A stretch of 64,000 bases of DNA from Oscillospiraceae bacterium (GTDB lineage: Bacteria > Bacillota > Clostridia > Oscillospirales > CAG-272). The stretch spans positions 400 to 64,399 of the forward strand of contig SVTJ01000014.1 of NCBI GenBank assembly GCA_015063845.1, written 5' to 3'. Position numbers and translations under genes: made by a program. This document shows, piece after piece, positions 1 to 9,068 of the stretch. The notes below the pieces were generated by a model. That model worked only from the letters and a program-made list of their open reading frames with translations. It was not told the origin of the DNA and ran no database searches. The number at the start of each line of letters is the position of its first letter. Within the stretch, counting starts at the first letter, position 1.

Positions 1-2
1 TA

Positions 3-521
3 AATAACTGCGAGGCATATTGGAAGGCGTTTGGAGCGGCGATATGCGGAGACGTCACGCCGTATATAGACTTGTGCGACGCGTTTTATGGCGGTGATTA
101 TCTGACGCTTAAGTCATTTGCGAGAGAAAACCCACACGCAGACGCGCTTGTCAGAGCACTCAAGCAAAAGGGCTGTAAGGTAGTGCTTGCCACAAATCCC
201 GTATTTCCTCTTGTTGCGCAGGTCAACAGACTTGCCTGGTCGGGAACGTCGGCAGAGAACTTTGACTATATCACCGATTACAAAAGCTGTCACTATTGCA
301 AGCCGCGTCCCGAATACTATCTTGAAATATGCAAGCGTATCGGTGTTGAGCCGTGCGAGTGCCTTATGGTTGGAAACGACGCATCGGACGATATGAAGGG
401 TGCTAGCGAGGCGGGAATGGACTGTTATCTCGCTACCGATTGTCTTATAGAAACGGATAGCTACATATGGCAGGGTGAGCGTGGAACATTCGCTGAGCTG
501 ACTGAAAGGTTAACTAAATAA
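3..521 (+). CDS. HAD-superfamily hydrolase, 5'-truncated by window edge
   Basis: The frame is open from base 3, so the listed TTG at 72 is internal. HAD-like motifs VLATNP, CKPRPEYY and MVGNDASDDMKGA are present. A hairpin terminator follows. Confidence 0.75.
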   Translation, partial: NNCEAYWKAFGAAICGDVTPYIDLCDAFYGGDYLTLKSFARENPHADALVRALKQKGCKVVLATNPVFPLVAQVNRLAWSGTSAENFDYITDYKSCHYCKPRPEYYLEICKRIGVEPCECLMVGNDASDDMKGASEAGMDCYLATDCLIETDSYIWQGERGTFAELTERLTK

Positions 522-526
522 AAAAA

Positions 527-566
527 GGGCATAGCCGTGACGCTCTCACGGCTATGCCTATTTTTC
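527..566 (+). terminator. Rho-independent terminator
   Basis: GGGCATAGCCGTGA-CGCTC-TCACGGCTATGCC followed by TATTTTTC. Confidence 0.8.
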
Positions 567-678
567 TTGTCTTTTTACAATATGTACATAAAAAGTCTCA
601 GCATTTATACGTTTGGTTGGTTTGAATGAAAAAACAAATGAGGTCAAACTTTTTCCTTGAAATAAATTCTCAAAACAG

Positions 679-707
679 TTGACTTAAAGGTAAAACCGTG
701 ATATAAT
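679..707 (+). promoter_or_regulatory. Sigma-A-type promoter TTGACT-17-TATAAT (extended TG)
   Basis: TTGACT 679-684, TGATATAAT with TATAAT at 702-707. 36 nt upstream of ATG 743. Confidence 0.6.
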
Positions 708-742
708 CGACTTGTAAATTCTTACACATTTTGGAGGGTATT

Positions 743-1711
743 ATGAGCGAAAAAATGATGTGGGGCTATATGCTCTATCTTAGCAATCACATCGGTGCGG
801 ACGAGTATACGCCGCGGATGAGATACAATCCGCCCGCGTGTCCTGGTTACAGTGACGAGATAAATACTCAGATCGATATCTGGGATAAGCTCGTTCCTTT
901 TCTCGCTGAGAGAAAGTACAATATGGTACTTATTGACGTTGGTGACGGTATTAAGTACGAGAGCCATCCCGAGGTCTCCGCCCCCAACGCCTGGGAGAAG
1001 GATTTTCTTAGACAGAAGCTTGCGGAGTTGCGTGCTCTCGGTATAGAGCCCATTCCGAAGCTCAATTTCTCGACTTGCCACGATACCTGGATGAAGAAAT
1101 ACCGCAGAATGGTATCCTCTCCCGAGTATTATACCTTCTGCTCCGACGTTATCCGCGAGGTCTGTGAGGTGTTTGACTTCCCCCGTCTTTTCCACATCGG
1201 ATTTGACGAAGAGGATCTGACGATGCAGACAACAAAGGAGATGGTCATTATACGTAACACCGAGCTTTGGTGGCACGATCTGTTCTTTATCTGCAAGGAA
1301 TGCGAAAAGCATGGAGCGCGTCCTTGGATGTGGTCTGACTATCTGTGGAAGAACGAGGAGATATTCCTTCAAAGAATGTCCAAGTCCATACTTCAGTCAA
1401 ACTGGTTCTATCCTCAATTCCAGGATTGGAGCAAGACTAAATTTCCTCACCGCAATAAGTGCATAGAGACATATGAGATACTCGATCGTAACGGCTTTGA
1501 TCAAGTGCCTACAGGCTCTACCTGGAATCATTACGTAAACCTCTATCAGACGGTCGCATACGGCAAGGATGTGCTCAATCCCGATCAGCTCAAGGGATTC
1601 CTTTGCGCGCCTTGGCTTGCTACGCGTGACGAGCATTACTACGGACATCTCAACGCGGCAGACAGACTTTACCGCGCGCGTCAGAAGGTATATCACGAAA
1701 CGCTTAAATAA
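743..1711 (+). CDS. Hypothetical glycoside-hydrolase-like protein (HIGFDEED motif), tandem paralog 1
   Basis: ATG 743 follows GGAGGG (733-738). No signal peptide. FHIGFDEED resembles the GH20 H-x-G-G-D-E catalytic motif. Roughly four-fifths identical by eye to the next gene. Confidence 0.7.
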   Translation: MSEKMMWGYMLYLSNHIGADEYTPRMRYNPPACPGYSDEINTQIDIWDKLVPFLAERKYNMVLIDVGDGIKYESHPEVSAPNAWEKDFLRQKLAELRALGIEPIPKLNFSTCHDTWMKKYRRMVSSPEYYTFCSDVIREVCEVFDFPRLFHIGFDEEDLTMQTTKEMVIIRNTELWWHDLFFICKECEKHGARPWMWSDYLWKNEEIFLQRMSKSILQSNWFYPQFQDWSKTKFPHRNKCIETYEILDRNGFDQVPTGSTWNHYVNLYQTVAYGKDVLNPDQLKGFLCAPWLATRDEHYYGHLNAADRLYRARQKVYHETLK

Positions 1712-1734
1712 AATATACTAAAAGGAGAATAATT

Positions 1735-2694
1735 ATGAAAGATCAGATGATGTGGGGCTATATGCTCTATCTCAGTAACCACATGTGGTCTGATGAATCC
1801 TCAAAGGCACTCAAATATATGCCCACTCCCTATAATGATAATATCAATACAGAAATTGAGACTTGGGACAAGATAATTGCTTTCCTCGCTGAGAGACAGT
1901 ACAATATGGTGCTTATCGACGTTGGCGACGGTATCAAGTATGAGAGCCACCCCGAGGTATCCGCTCCCAACGCGTGGGACAAGGACTTCCTTCGCAAGAA
2001 GCTCACAGAGATGCGCGCTCTCGGTATTGAGCCTATACCGAAGCTCAATTTTTCCACCTGTCACGACACGTGGATGAAAAAATACCGCAGAATGGTATCC
2101 ACTCCCGAGTATTACACATTCTGTTCGGACGTTATCCGCGAGGTGTGTGAGGTGTTCGATTATCCCCGTCTGTTCCATATAGGATTTGACGAGGAAGACG
2201 AAACCATGCAGACAAACTACGAGATGGTCATTTTCCGTAACCACGATCTTTGGTGGCATGACCTCTTCTATATGTGCCGCGAGTGCGAGAAGCACGGAGC
2301 ACGTCCTTGGATCTGGTCTGACTATATGTGGAAGAACGAGGAAGCATTCCTCAAGAATATGTCAAAGTCCATACTTCAGTCCAACTGGTTCTATCCTCAG
2401 TTCCAGGATTGGAGCAAGACGCCTCTGTCTCACCGCAATAAGTGCATAGAGACATACGAGATACTTGACCGTCACGGCTTTGATCAGATACCCACCTGCT
2501 CGACGTGGAATCATATCGCAAACTCCTACCAGACGGTAGCGCACGGTAAGACTGTGCTCACTCCCGAGCTTCTCAAGGGCTTTATGACGGCTCCTTGGCT
2601 TGCTACGACCGATGAACAGTTTTACGGTCACTGCTGCGATGCGGACAGACTTTATCGCGCGCGTATGCAGCTTTATCCGGAAACACTTAAATAA
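1735..2694 (+). CDS. Hypothetical glycoside-hydrolase-like protein (HIGFDEED motif), tandem paralog 2
   Basis: AAAGGAG RBS before ATG 1735. It shares blocks with paralog 1: MMWGYMLYLSNH, LIDVGDGIKYESHPEVSAPNAW, FHIGFDEED, QSNWFYPQFQDWSKT. Confidence 0.7.
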   Translation: MKDQMMWGYMLYLSNHMWSDESSKALKYMPTPYNDNINTEIETWDKIIAFLAERQYNMVLIDVGDGIKYESHPEVSAPNAWDKDFLRKKLTEMRALGIEPIPKLNFSTCHDTWMKKYRRMVSTPEYYTFCSDVIREVCEVFDYPRLFHIGFDEEDETMQTNYEMVIFRNHDLWWHDLFYMCRECEKHGARPWIWSDYMWKNEEAFLKNMSKSILQSNWFYPQFQDWSKTPLSHRNKCIETYEILDRHGFDQIPTCSTWNHIANSYQTVAHGKTVLTPELLKGFMTAPWLATTDEQFYGHCCDADRLYRARMQLYPETLK

Positions 2695-2700
2695 TGCAGC

Positions 2701-2733
2701 AACACCGCCGACATTTTGTCGGCGGTGTTTTAA
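2701..2733 (+). terminator. Rho-independent terminator (short U tail)
   Basis: AACACCGCCGAC-ATTTT-GTCGGCGGTGTT followed by TTAA. Confidence 0.6.
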
Positions 2734-2779
2734 TATAAGTATATCAACCAACGGTTGCGGCTTTTTTCATAAAAACGTA

Positions 2780-2808
2780 TTGACATCTGAGATAAAATGT
2801 TGTATTAT
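2780..2808 (+). promoter_or_regulatory. Promoter TTGACA-17-TATTAT of the YtrA-type operon
   Basis: TTGACA 2780-2785, 17-nt spacer, TATTAT 2803-2808. Confidence 0.55.
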
Positions 2809-2821
2809 TTAAATAGTACAA
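2800..2821. promoter_or_regulatory. Putative GntR/YtrA operator palindrome
   Basis: TTGTATTATTTAAATAGTACAA is a 22-nt inverted repeat with one mismatched pair. It has the GT-n-TA...TA-n-AC architecture and overlaps the -10. Confidence 0.5.
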
Positions 2822-2838
2822 CGAAAGGAGATGTGTCT

Positions 2839-3225
2839 ATGGCGTGGACGTTCAGCGGCAGAGAAGCGGTGTATATACAGATCGCGGATATAATACGGCA
2901 GGATATCTTTAAGGGAAAGTATCCGCTCGGCTCGCAGCTGCCCACTGTTCGGCAGTTGGCGGCGGAAGCGGCTGTCAATCCGAACACTATGCAAAGAGCG
3001 TTGCTTTCTCTTGAGGATGAGGGCTTGCTTTATTCTAAGGGAACGGTTGGCAGATTTGTGACCGATGACGAGGCAGTGCTCCTTGAAGCCAAGGAGAGAA
3101 TGATAAAAGCATCGGTCAGACAACTGCTTGACGGAGCTCTGTCGCTTGGTATCTCACCGCAGGCACTTGCGGAATATATAATGAAAGAACAAAAGGAGGA
3201 GAGAGATGAGTGTTCCGATAATTGA
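2839..3225 (+). CDS. GntR-family transcriptional regulator, short YtrA subfamily
   Basis: ATG 2839 lies 8 nt after GGAG. Winged-helix block LPTVRQLAAEAAVNPNTMQRALLSLEDEGLLYSKGTVGRFV. 128 aa. Overlaps the ABC ATPase gene by 20 nt. Confidence 0.85.
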   Translation: MAWTFSGREAVYIQIADIIRQDIFKGKYPLGSQLPTVRQLAAEAAVNPNTMQRALLSLEDEGLLYSKGTVGRFVTDDEAVLLEAKERMIKASVRQLLDGALSLGISPQALAEYIMKEQKEERDECSDN

Positions 3226-3913
3226 ATGTATAGACCTGTGCAAGAGCTATAATAAATACAATTACGTTCTCAAGGATCTTAACGTAAATCTTCCGGCAGG
3301 AAAGATAATCGGGCTTCTCGGCCCTAACGGATGCGGCAAATCCACGCTTATGAAGCTTATTTGCGGTATTCTTGTGCCGAACAGCGGAACTATAAAAATA
3401 TGCGGAGAGGAGAGAAGCGAAAAAAGTAACGCGCTTATTTCCTATCTTCCAGAGAGAACTTATTTCAACAGCGGAATGAAGGTCGAGCAGCTTATTGCGT
3501 ACTTCTCTGACTTTTTCTCCGATTTTGACGCGAATGCCGCGAGAGCTATGCTTGCTGATCTTGGAATAGCGACCGACGTTAAGCTCAAGACGCTTTCAAA
3601 GGGAACTAAAGAAAAGGTGCAGCTGGTTATGGTCATGTCGCGCCGCGCAAAGCTTTATCTGCTTGACGAGCCCATTGCGGGTGTAGACCCCGCCGCGAGA
3701 GAGTATATTCTCCGCACCATAATCACAAATTACAATCCCGAGGCGAGTATTCTCATAACAACTCACCTTTTGCACGACATAGAGCCTATAATCGACGAGT
3801 TCGCGTTTATGGGGTTCGGCGGAAAGATACTTATGTCGGGCGTTGCCGACGAGGTGCGCGAAACCACAGGCAAGACGCTTGACGAGCTGTTCAAGGAGGT
3901 GTTCAGATGTTGA
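3206..3913 (+). CDS. ABC transporter ATP-binding protein (YtrB-like)
   Basis: Walker A GPNGCGKST, signature LSKGTKEKV, Walker B LYLLDEP. RBS AAAAGGAGGAG. Confidence 0.9.
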   Translation: MSVPIIECIDLCKSYNKYNYVLKDLNVNLPAGKIIGLLGPNGCGKSTLMKLICGILVPNSGTIKICGEERSEKSNALISYLPERTYFNSGMKVEQLIAYFSDFFSDFDANAARAMLADLGIATDVKLKTLSKGTKEKVQLVMVMSRRAKLYLLDEPIAGVDPAAREYILRTIITNYNPEASILITTHLLHDIEPIIDEFAFMGFGGKILMSGVADEVRETTGKTLDELFKEVFRC

Positions 3914-4758
3914 AAAAATGTTTGAGATACGACCTTCTCGATATGTGGCACTTTTGGTGGATACTCGCTGCGTCTACACTCGGTATGTCGATCGTCTGCG
4001 GACTGGCTTGCAGAGCTATGGTGGAGCTGTTCGGAGATGCCGACAAGGTAGACCAAAACGCACTTTTAGTGCTGCCGCTCACGCTGATAATATGTATTTG
4101 TATACTCGGCATCATAGCCTCGGTGACGGTCACGGTAATACTTGTGATGGTTCGCTTTTATAAGCACTTTTTCTCTGACGAGGGATACCTGACCTTTACA
4201 CTCCCCGTAAAGAGAAGCACGCTGTTTACTTCCAAGGTGATAAACGCTATCATATGGTATTCCGCACATATCGTGCTGCTCATTATAAGCGTACTTATCA
4301 TCTTGGCGATAGCTGTACCTGCAAGTGCTTGGGCGAGCTTTTTCGGGGGGATCGTCGCTGTGACTGACGTTACGTTCTTGTCGGTGGTAATCACGATAAT
4401 AAAAGTATTGGAATTTATTATACTCGGCGTTTTGGCAATGGTGCTTGAGATACTGCTGATGTATTTGTGTATTACGATCGGTTCGGTAGCGGTCAAGAAG
4501 GGAAAAATATTTGTCGGCATCGGAATTTACTACGGAATTAACGCGGTGTTCGGATTTGTTATGCAGCTGTCCATGGGTGTTTTGGGAATATTCCTATGGG
4601 ACGGAGCAAGCGAAATACTTGCGTCTGCTCCCGTATGGCAGAGCTCACTTGCCGATGTCTTGGCTCTCGCTCTGGTGTGCGTGGCTATTGCTGTTCCCGT
4701 ATGTGTGCTGTACCTTGTGACGGTGAATTTGATAGAGCGAAAGCTCAATTTGAACTAA
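3907..4758 (+). CDS. Polytopic membrane protein, putative ABC-2-type permease partner
   Basis: Overlaps the ATPase gene by 7 nt (ATGTTGA). About 6 hydrophobic helices. No motif I can name. Confidence 0.65.
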   Translation: MLKKCLRYDLLDMWHFWWILAASTLGMSIVCGLACRAMVELFGDADKVDQNALLVLPLTLIICICILGIIASVTVTVILVMVRFYKHFFSDEGYLTFTLPVKRSTLFTSKVINAIIWYSAHIVLLIISVLIILAIAVPASAWASFFGGIVAVTDVTFLSVVITIIKVLEFIILGVLAMVLEILLMYLCITIGSVAVKKGKIFVGIGIYYGINAVFGFVMQLSMGVLGIFLWDGASEILASAPVWQSSLADVLALALVCVAIAVPVCVLYLVTVNLIERKLNLN

Positions 4759-4770
4759 GGAGGCAGAGAT

Positions 4771-5748
4771 ATGAGAATTAAGAGAAAAATATGCCTTCTT
4801 GCCGCGTTGGTACTTTTGTTTGCCAACCTGCTTATGCCCTCGGTATTTGCTGAGGAGACTGATGATTTTACGAAATTTGAGCTCTCGGCTGACGGAAAGA
4901 CACTGTTGCGTGACGGAGAGAGGTTTGAGATATATCAAAGCTCGCGCCTGTTTTATTCCGACCCAAGAACGGTCTACGAATATGAAAATACCGTGGATAT
5001 GACCTTGGGCGAGGACGGCGAAACGTACGCTTGCCGAGTTTATGCATCAAGCAAGAACGCAAACGTTCTATGGGTGCAGGGAGTTCGCCAAAGCTATCTT
5101 TACGTTTCAAGTGCGGGAAAGACTGAGCTTGACGCATTCCTTGACGGAACGTCGGTCAGATACACGCTTGAAAACAAAGGCATGAACGCCGACATATCAA
5201 ACGAGGAGATAAAAGGTCTTGACGATGCGTCCAGACAGCCGATAAATGCTATTGTAGTCGATGTGACAACGCTTGCGGATCAGCAAAGATACGACGTTGT
5301 AACGCGCGATGCTACGTATAGCTTTGCTTACGTTCACGGCGCGATATATTATATCGACAATCAGTATTATTACGTAAATTACGAGATGCTCGGTAACAAT
5401 TATTTTGATGCTGACGGTAATTTTTCGTATAGAAGCGGAAGCGTTCCGCTCACGCCTGTTGACGCGATGACGGCTTCTGTGATAGACCAAACGGTGCAAA
5501 ACCTCGCCGAGTATGATGTGGAATACACGTACGAGAGCGAAAGCTGGGACGCAGAGGCTTCCAAGTCGGTGTTCTGGGTACTCTTTGTAGTGGTCGGATT
5601 CTTGGCACCCATTCCTCTGCTCGTGCTTGGATTGGTGCTTCCCGTCAAACGCAAGGCGAAGGACGGTAAGAGGTGGTATTCTCTTGCAGTGCTTGGTGGG
5701 CTTTGGCTGTTGCTTGCGATAATACTGACAGTCATACTTGTTATATAA
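4771..5748 (+). CDS. Hypothetical secreted protein with C-terminal membrane anchor
   Basis: AGGAGG RBS. Signal peptide MRIKRKICLLAALVLLFANLLMPSVFAEE. Two C-terminal TM helices flank a KRKAKDGKR loop. Last gene of the YtrA-type operon. Confidence 0.65.
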   Translation: MRIKRKICLLAALVLLFANLLMPSVFAEETDDFTKFELSADGKTLLRDGERFEIYQSSRLFYSDPRTVYEYENTVDMTLGEDGETYACRVYASSKNANVLWVQGVRQSYLYVSSAGKTELDAFLDGTSVRYTLENKGMNADISNEEIKGLDDASRQPINAIVVDVTTLADQQRYDVVTRDATYSFAYVHGAIYYIDNQYYYVNYEMLGNNYFDADGNFSYRSGSVPLTPVDAMTASVIDQTVQNLAEYDVEYTYESESWDAEASKSVFWVLFVVVGFLAPIPLLVLGLVLPVKRKAKDGKRWYSLAVLGGLWLLLAIILTVILVI

Positions 5749-5753
5749 AAAAT

Positions 5754-5792
5754 AAAAAAGGACAAAGAGCGTCGCTCTTTGTCCTTTTTCTT
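5754..5792. terminator. Bidirectional terminator between convergent genes
   Basis: A-run, GGACAAAGAGC-GTC-GCTCTTTGTCC, T-run. Confidence 0.8.
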
Positions 5793-6371
5793 TTATTCCA
5801 ATTCGTCAAGTGTCTTTGAATAAGACGCGAGGAATTTGTCGCAGAAATATTTGACCTCGGGCATATCAAAGTATGCCTCGACCTCTTTTTTCAGCGCCGT
5901 CTTTGCCTTGGCAAACTCCTTGTTTCCGCTCTTGAGCTCATCAAGGCACTTTACGTATGCCGAAAGCTTGTCGGCTGCCTTGACAAGTCTGTGCTCATAG
6001 CAGCTTGCGTCCTGCTCGATAAGAGGAGCGTATTCCTCTCTGAGCTCCTCGGGAAGCATAGAGAGAAGCTTGCTGTTGGCTATGCTCTCAATGTCCTTGT
6101 ACGCCTTGCGTATCTCGGGATTGTAATATTTGATGGGCGTTGGCAGATCGCCCGTTATTACCTCGCTTGCCTCGTGGTAGAGAGCCAGCGTGGCGACACG
6201 GTCGGCACTTAGCTCTTTGCCGTAAAGCTTGTTTGCTATCACAGCAAGCGCGTGCGCTATCTGCGCCACCTCAGCCGAGTGCTCGGCGATATTCTCATCC
6301 GTTACCGACTTCATAAGCGCCCAACGGCGAATGAGCTTCATTCTTGACATATATGCAAAAAAATTATACAT
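5793..6371 (-). CDS. HD-domain 5'-deoxynucleotidase, YfbR-like
   Basis: Start moved to ATG 6371 (MYNFFAYMSRMKLIRRWALM..., parallel to the YfbR N-terminus). HD motifs NIAEHSAEVAQIAHAL and YHEASEVITGDLPTP. Confidence 0.8.
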   Translation of the reverse strand: MYNFFAYMSRMKLIRRWALMKSVTDENIAEHSAEVAQIAHALAVIANKLYGKELSADRVATLALYHEASEVITGDLPTPIKYYNPEIRKAYKDIESIANSKLLSMLPEELREEYAPLIEQDASCYEHRLVKAADKLSAYVKCLDELKSGNKEFAKAKTALKKEVEAYFDMPEVKYFCDKFLASYSKTLDELE

Positions 6372-6384
6372 ATTAACCCTTTCT

Positions 6385-6548
6385 CTTACTTTTCTTTGAA
6401 AAGAAAAGTAAGCAAAAGAAACTTCACACAAATAACTATGCTAATTTCTAAAAAGAAACTTTAAACTAAGCAATTTAAATTCTATTAAAATTCTTTGAAG
6501 GGAGTTTGAGGGAAACTTTCTTATAAGAAAGTTTCCCTCATCGCGTCC
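6385..6548. repeat. Intergenic repeat cluster A (modules iv and ii, then CGCGTCC)
   Basis: Hairpin CTTACTTTTCTT/AAGAAAAGTAAG at 6385-6412. AAGAAAAGTAAGCAAAAGAAA. Hairpin GAGGGAAACTTTCTT-ATA-AGAAAGTTTCCCTC at 6508-6539. Abuts the aspS stop. Confidence 0.8.
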
Positions 6549-8336
6549 TTATTCACTAACTATTGCAAGTCCAAGCTCCTCGAGAGCGCCTGCGTCAGCC
6601 TCTGACGGGCACTTAGTCATAAGCTCGGAAGCGTTCTGCACCTTGGGGAATGCGATAACGTCGCGGATATCCTCAAGACCGAGCAGAAGCGTTACAAGTC
6701 TATCAAATCCGAAAGCGAGACCGCCGTGAGGAGGTACGCCATAACGGAAAGCGTCGAGCAGATAGCCGAACTTTTCCTGAGCCTGCTCCTCGGTAAATCC
6801 GAGAACAGAGAACATCTTCTGCTGAATAGCGTTGTCGTGTATACGGATAGAACCGCCGCCGAGCTCTGTGCCGTTGAGTACGATATCGTACGCCTTAGCG
6901 CGAACTCTTGCGGGATCGCTGTCGAGGTATTCGAGGTCCTCGTCCATAGGAGAGGTGAAGGGGTGGTGCATTGCGTAGAAGCGACCGTCCTCCTCACTGT
7001 ACTCAAGGAGCGGGAACTCGGTTACCCAAAGGAACTTGAAATCAAAGGGATCGAGTATATTCATTCTCTTAGCGCACTCGCAGCGAAGCGCTCCGAGAGC
7101 GTCGAATACGACCTTGTTCTTGTCAGCCACGATAAGCACGAGGTCGCCTGCCTCTGCCTGCATAGTGGCTCTTATAGCAGCGTTTTCTTCGTCGGTGAGG
7201 AACTTTGCGTAAGAGGAGGAAACGTCTCCGTTGTCTGCGAGCTTGAGCCAAGCAAGGCCCTTTGCGCGGTAAGACTTCACAAATTCAACGAGAGCGTCTA
7301 TCTCCTTACGGGAGAACTTAGCGCCCCCCTTAACGTTGATACCTCTTACAGAGCCGCCCATCTCAACAGCTCCTGAGAACACCTTGAATCCGCAGTCCTT
7401 TACGACAGCGGAAAGGTCGGTAAGCTCGAAGCCGAAGCGGATATCGGGCTTGTCCGAGCCGAATCTCTCCATAGCCTCACGGTAGGGCATACGGATAAAC
7501 TCGCCCTCAAGCTCAATGCCCGAGAATTCCCTCATGACCTTCTTGATAAAGCCCTCGTGCATCTTCATAACGTCGTCTGCGGTCACAAAGGACATCTCTG
7601 TGTCTATCTGAGTAAACTCAGGCTGACGGTCAGCGCGAAGGTCCTCGTCACGGTAGCAGCGAGCGATCTGGAAGTAGCGGTCGAAGCCCGATACCATAAG
7701 GAGCTGCTTGTAGAGCTGAGGAGACTGGGGAAGAGCATAGAACTTACCCTTGTGAACTCTGGACGGAACGAGATAGTCGCGTGCTCCCTCGGGAGTGGGC
7801 TTACAAAGGTTGGGAGTTTCTATATCGATAAATCCGTTGTCAGCATAGTAGTCTCTTGCTATCTTGGATATGCGGGAGCGAGCGATGATGTTCTTCTGCA
7901 TATCGGGACGGCGAAGGTCGAGATAGCGGTGGCGCAGACGAAGCTCTGCGTTTACGTTGCTGTTTTCAACTATCTCGAAAGGAGGAGTTTCGGACGCTGC
8001 GAGAATGCGGAGGTCGTCAACGGCTATCTCTATCTCACCTGTGGGGAGATTTTTGTTGATAGCTCCGTCCCCTCTTCTGCGAACGACACCCTTTGCGCAA
8101 AGCACGAATTCTGCTCTTATGCCGAATGCCTTGTCGAATATCTCCTTATCGGTATTCTGGTCAAACGCGAGCTGGACGATACCCGTACGGTCGCGAAGAT
8201 CTATGAATATGAGAGAGCCAAGGTCTCTCTGCTTTTGTGTCCAGCCCATTACGCAAACTCTTTCGCCTACGTTTTCGGCACTGAGAGCGGCGCACATATG
8301 TGTTCTTTTGTCATTTTGTCTGAGTAATTCTGCCAT
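6549..8336 (-). CDS. aspS: Aspartate--tRNA ligase
   Basis: 595 aa class II aaRS with an N-terminal OB fold. Motif 2 FQIARCYRDEDLRADRQPEFTQID, motif 3 GGLAFGFDRL. Confidence 0.95.
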   Translation of the reverse strand: MAELLRQNDKRTHMCAALSAENVGERVCVMGWTQKQRDLGSLIFIDLRDRTGIVQLAFDQNTDKEIFDKAFGIRAEFVLCAKGVVRRRGDGAINKNLPTGEIEIAVDDLRILAASETPPFEIVENSNVNAELRLRHRYLDLRRPDMQKNIIARSRISKIARDYYADNGFIDIETPNLCKPTPEGARDYLVPSRVHKGKFYALPQSPQLYKQLLMVSGFDRYFQIARCYRDEDLRADRQPEFTQIDTEMSFVTADDVMKMHEGFIKKVMREFSGIELEGEFIRMPYREAMERFGSDKPDIRFGFELTDLSAVVKDCGFKVFSGAVEMGGSVRGINVKGGAKFSRKEIDALVEFVKSYRAKGLAWLKLADNGDVSSSYAKFLTDEENAAIRATMQAEAGDLVLIVADKNKVVFDALGALRCECAKRMNILDPFDFKFLWVTEFPLLEYSEEDGRFYAMHHPFTSPMDEDLEYLDSDPARVRAKAYDIVLNGTELGGGSIRIHDNAIQQKMFSVLGFTEEQAQEKFGYLLDAFRYGVPPHGGLAFGFDRLVTLLLGLEDIRDVIAFPKVQNASELMTKCPSEADAGALEELGLAIVSE

Positions 8337-8362
8337 TTTTTATATCCCTTCAAATGATTTAC

Positions 8363-8923
8363 TTAGATTTGGTTTCCGTTTTTGTCGAACAAAGGAAGCG
8401 ACTCGAGGTAGGTTATGTCGTCTCTCTTGCAAGCGTTGCCCTCAGCAAGAATAAACATCTTTCCTACGACCTCACCGCCAGCCATCTTTACCAAATGCTC
8501 AACAGCGGCGAGAGATTCTCCGAGAGATACGACGTCGTCGACGATAAGTATCTTCTTTCCTCTCATAAGCTCTGCGTCAGCCGTGTCGAGATAAAGCTTC
8601 TGCACCTTGTCGGTGGTTATCGAGCGAAGCTCTGCCTCGAAAACGCCCGTCATATAGAGCTTGGGGTATTTTCTTGCAACGAGATATTTCTGATTTCCCG
8701 CAATACGCGCCATTTCGTGTGCGAGCGGAATACCCTTAGCCTCGGCGGTTATTATATAATCGTATTCGGGTGCTTTGCCAAGAAGCTCCTTTGCGCATGC
8801 CGTGGTCAGCTCGGGGTCGCCGAATATAACAAATCCCGCTATCATAAGTTCGTCGTTCAAAGGACAAAGCGGAAGAGCACGGTCAAGCCCTGCGATGTTC
8901 ATTTTGTGATACATTATGGACAT
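8363..8923 (-). CDS. Phosphoribosyltransferase-family protein (Apt/Xpt-like)
   Basis: PRPP-binding loop KILIVDDVVSLGESL. ATG 8923 with a GGAGA RBS. 26 nt upstream of aspS, so probably co-transcribed. Confidence 0.75.
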   Translation of the reverse strand: MSIMYHKMNIAGLDRALPLCPLNDELMIAGFVIFGDPELTTACAKELLGKAPEYDYIITAEAKGIPLAHEMARIAGNQKYLVARKYPKLYMTGVFEAELRSITTDKVQKLYLDTADAELMRGKKILIVDDVVSLGESLAAVEHLVKMAGGEVVGKMFILAEGNACKRDDITYLESLPLFDKNGNQI

Positions 8924-8984
8924 AATAATATCTCCGTTTCACTGTAATTTTTGAGGAAAACAAAAACAATATCCCCATCTTTAT

Positions 8985-9013
8985 ATTATACACAAAGTTC
9001 GGGATATTGTCAA
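8985..9013 (-). promoter_or_regulatory. Consensus promoter TTGACA-17-TATAAT for the PRT-aspS operon
   Basis: On the minus strand: TTGACA (9013-9008), a 17-nt spacer, TATAAT (8990-8985). 62-nt leader to ATG 8923. Confidence 0.65.
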
Positions 9014-9068
9014 TCCATAAGCAAAAGAAAAGTAGGCAAAAGAAAACTAAAGCTTTGGTTTGAGCTTC

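Larger units (their letters stand above)
743..2694 (+). repeat. Tandem gene duplication (two roughly 0.97-kb units)
   Basis: Long stretches of near-identical nucleotides, for example ...aatatggt.cttat.gacgttgg.gacggtat.aagta.gagagcca.cccgaggt... Confidence 0.9.

Noticed and set aside
72-521. Upstream or alternative start codons taken literally from the ORF track, for example 72, 731, 2797, 6431, 10298, 11701, 12639, 17080, 18326, 20924, 23692, 28502, 39570, 45030, 51613, 52253, 52938, 59201, 60557 and 60588.
   Set aside because: In each case the listed start is a TTG/GTG or an ATG without an RBS. It often lies inside an upstream gene, promoter or terminator. A downstream ATG/GTG with a good Shine-Dalgarno sequence gives an N-terminus matching the family (signal peptide, Walker-containing N-terminus and so on). 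The coordinates in the feature list use the revised starts.
8924-8984. A T-box or other riboswitch upstream of the PRT-aspS operon.
   Set aside because: The leader between the consensus promoter and ATG 8923 is only about 62 nt. It has no T-box sequence and no terminator/antiterminator pair.
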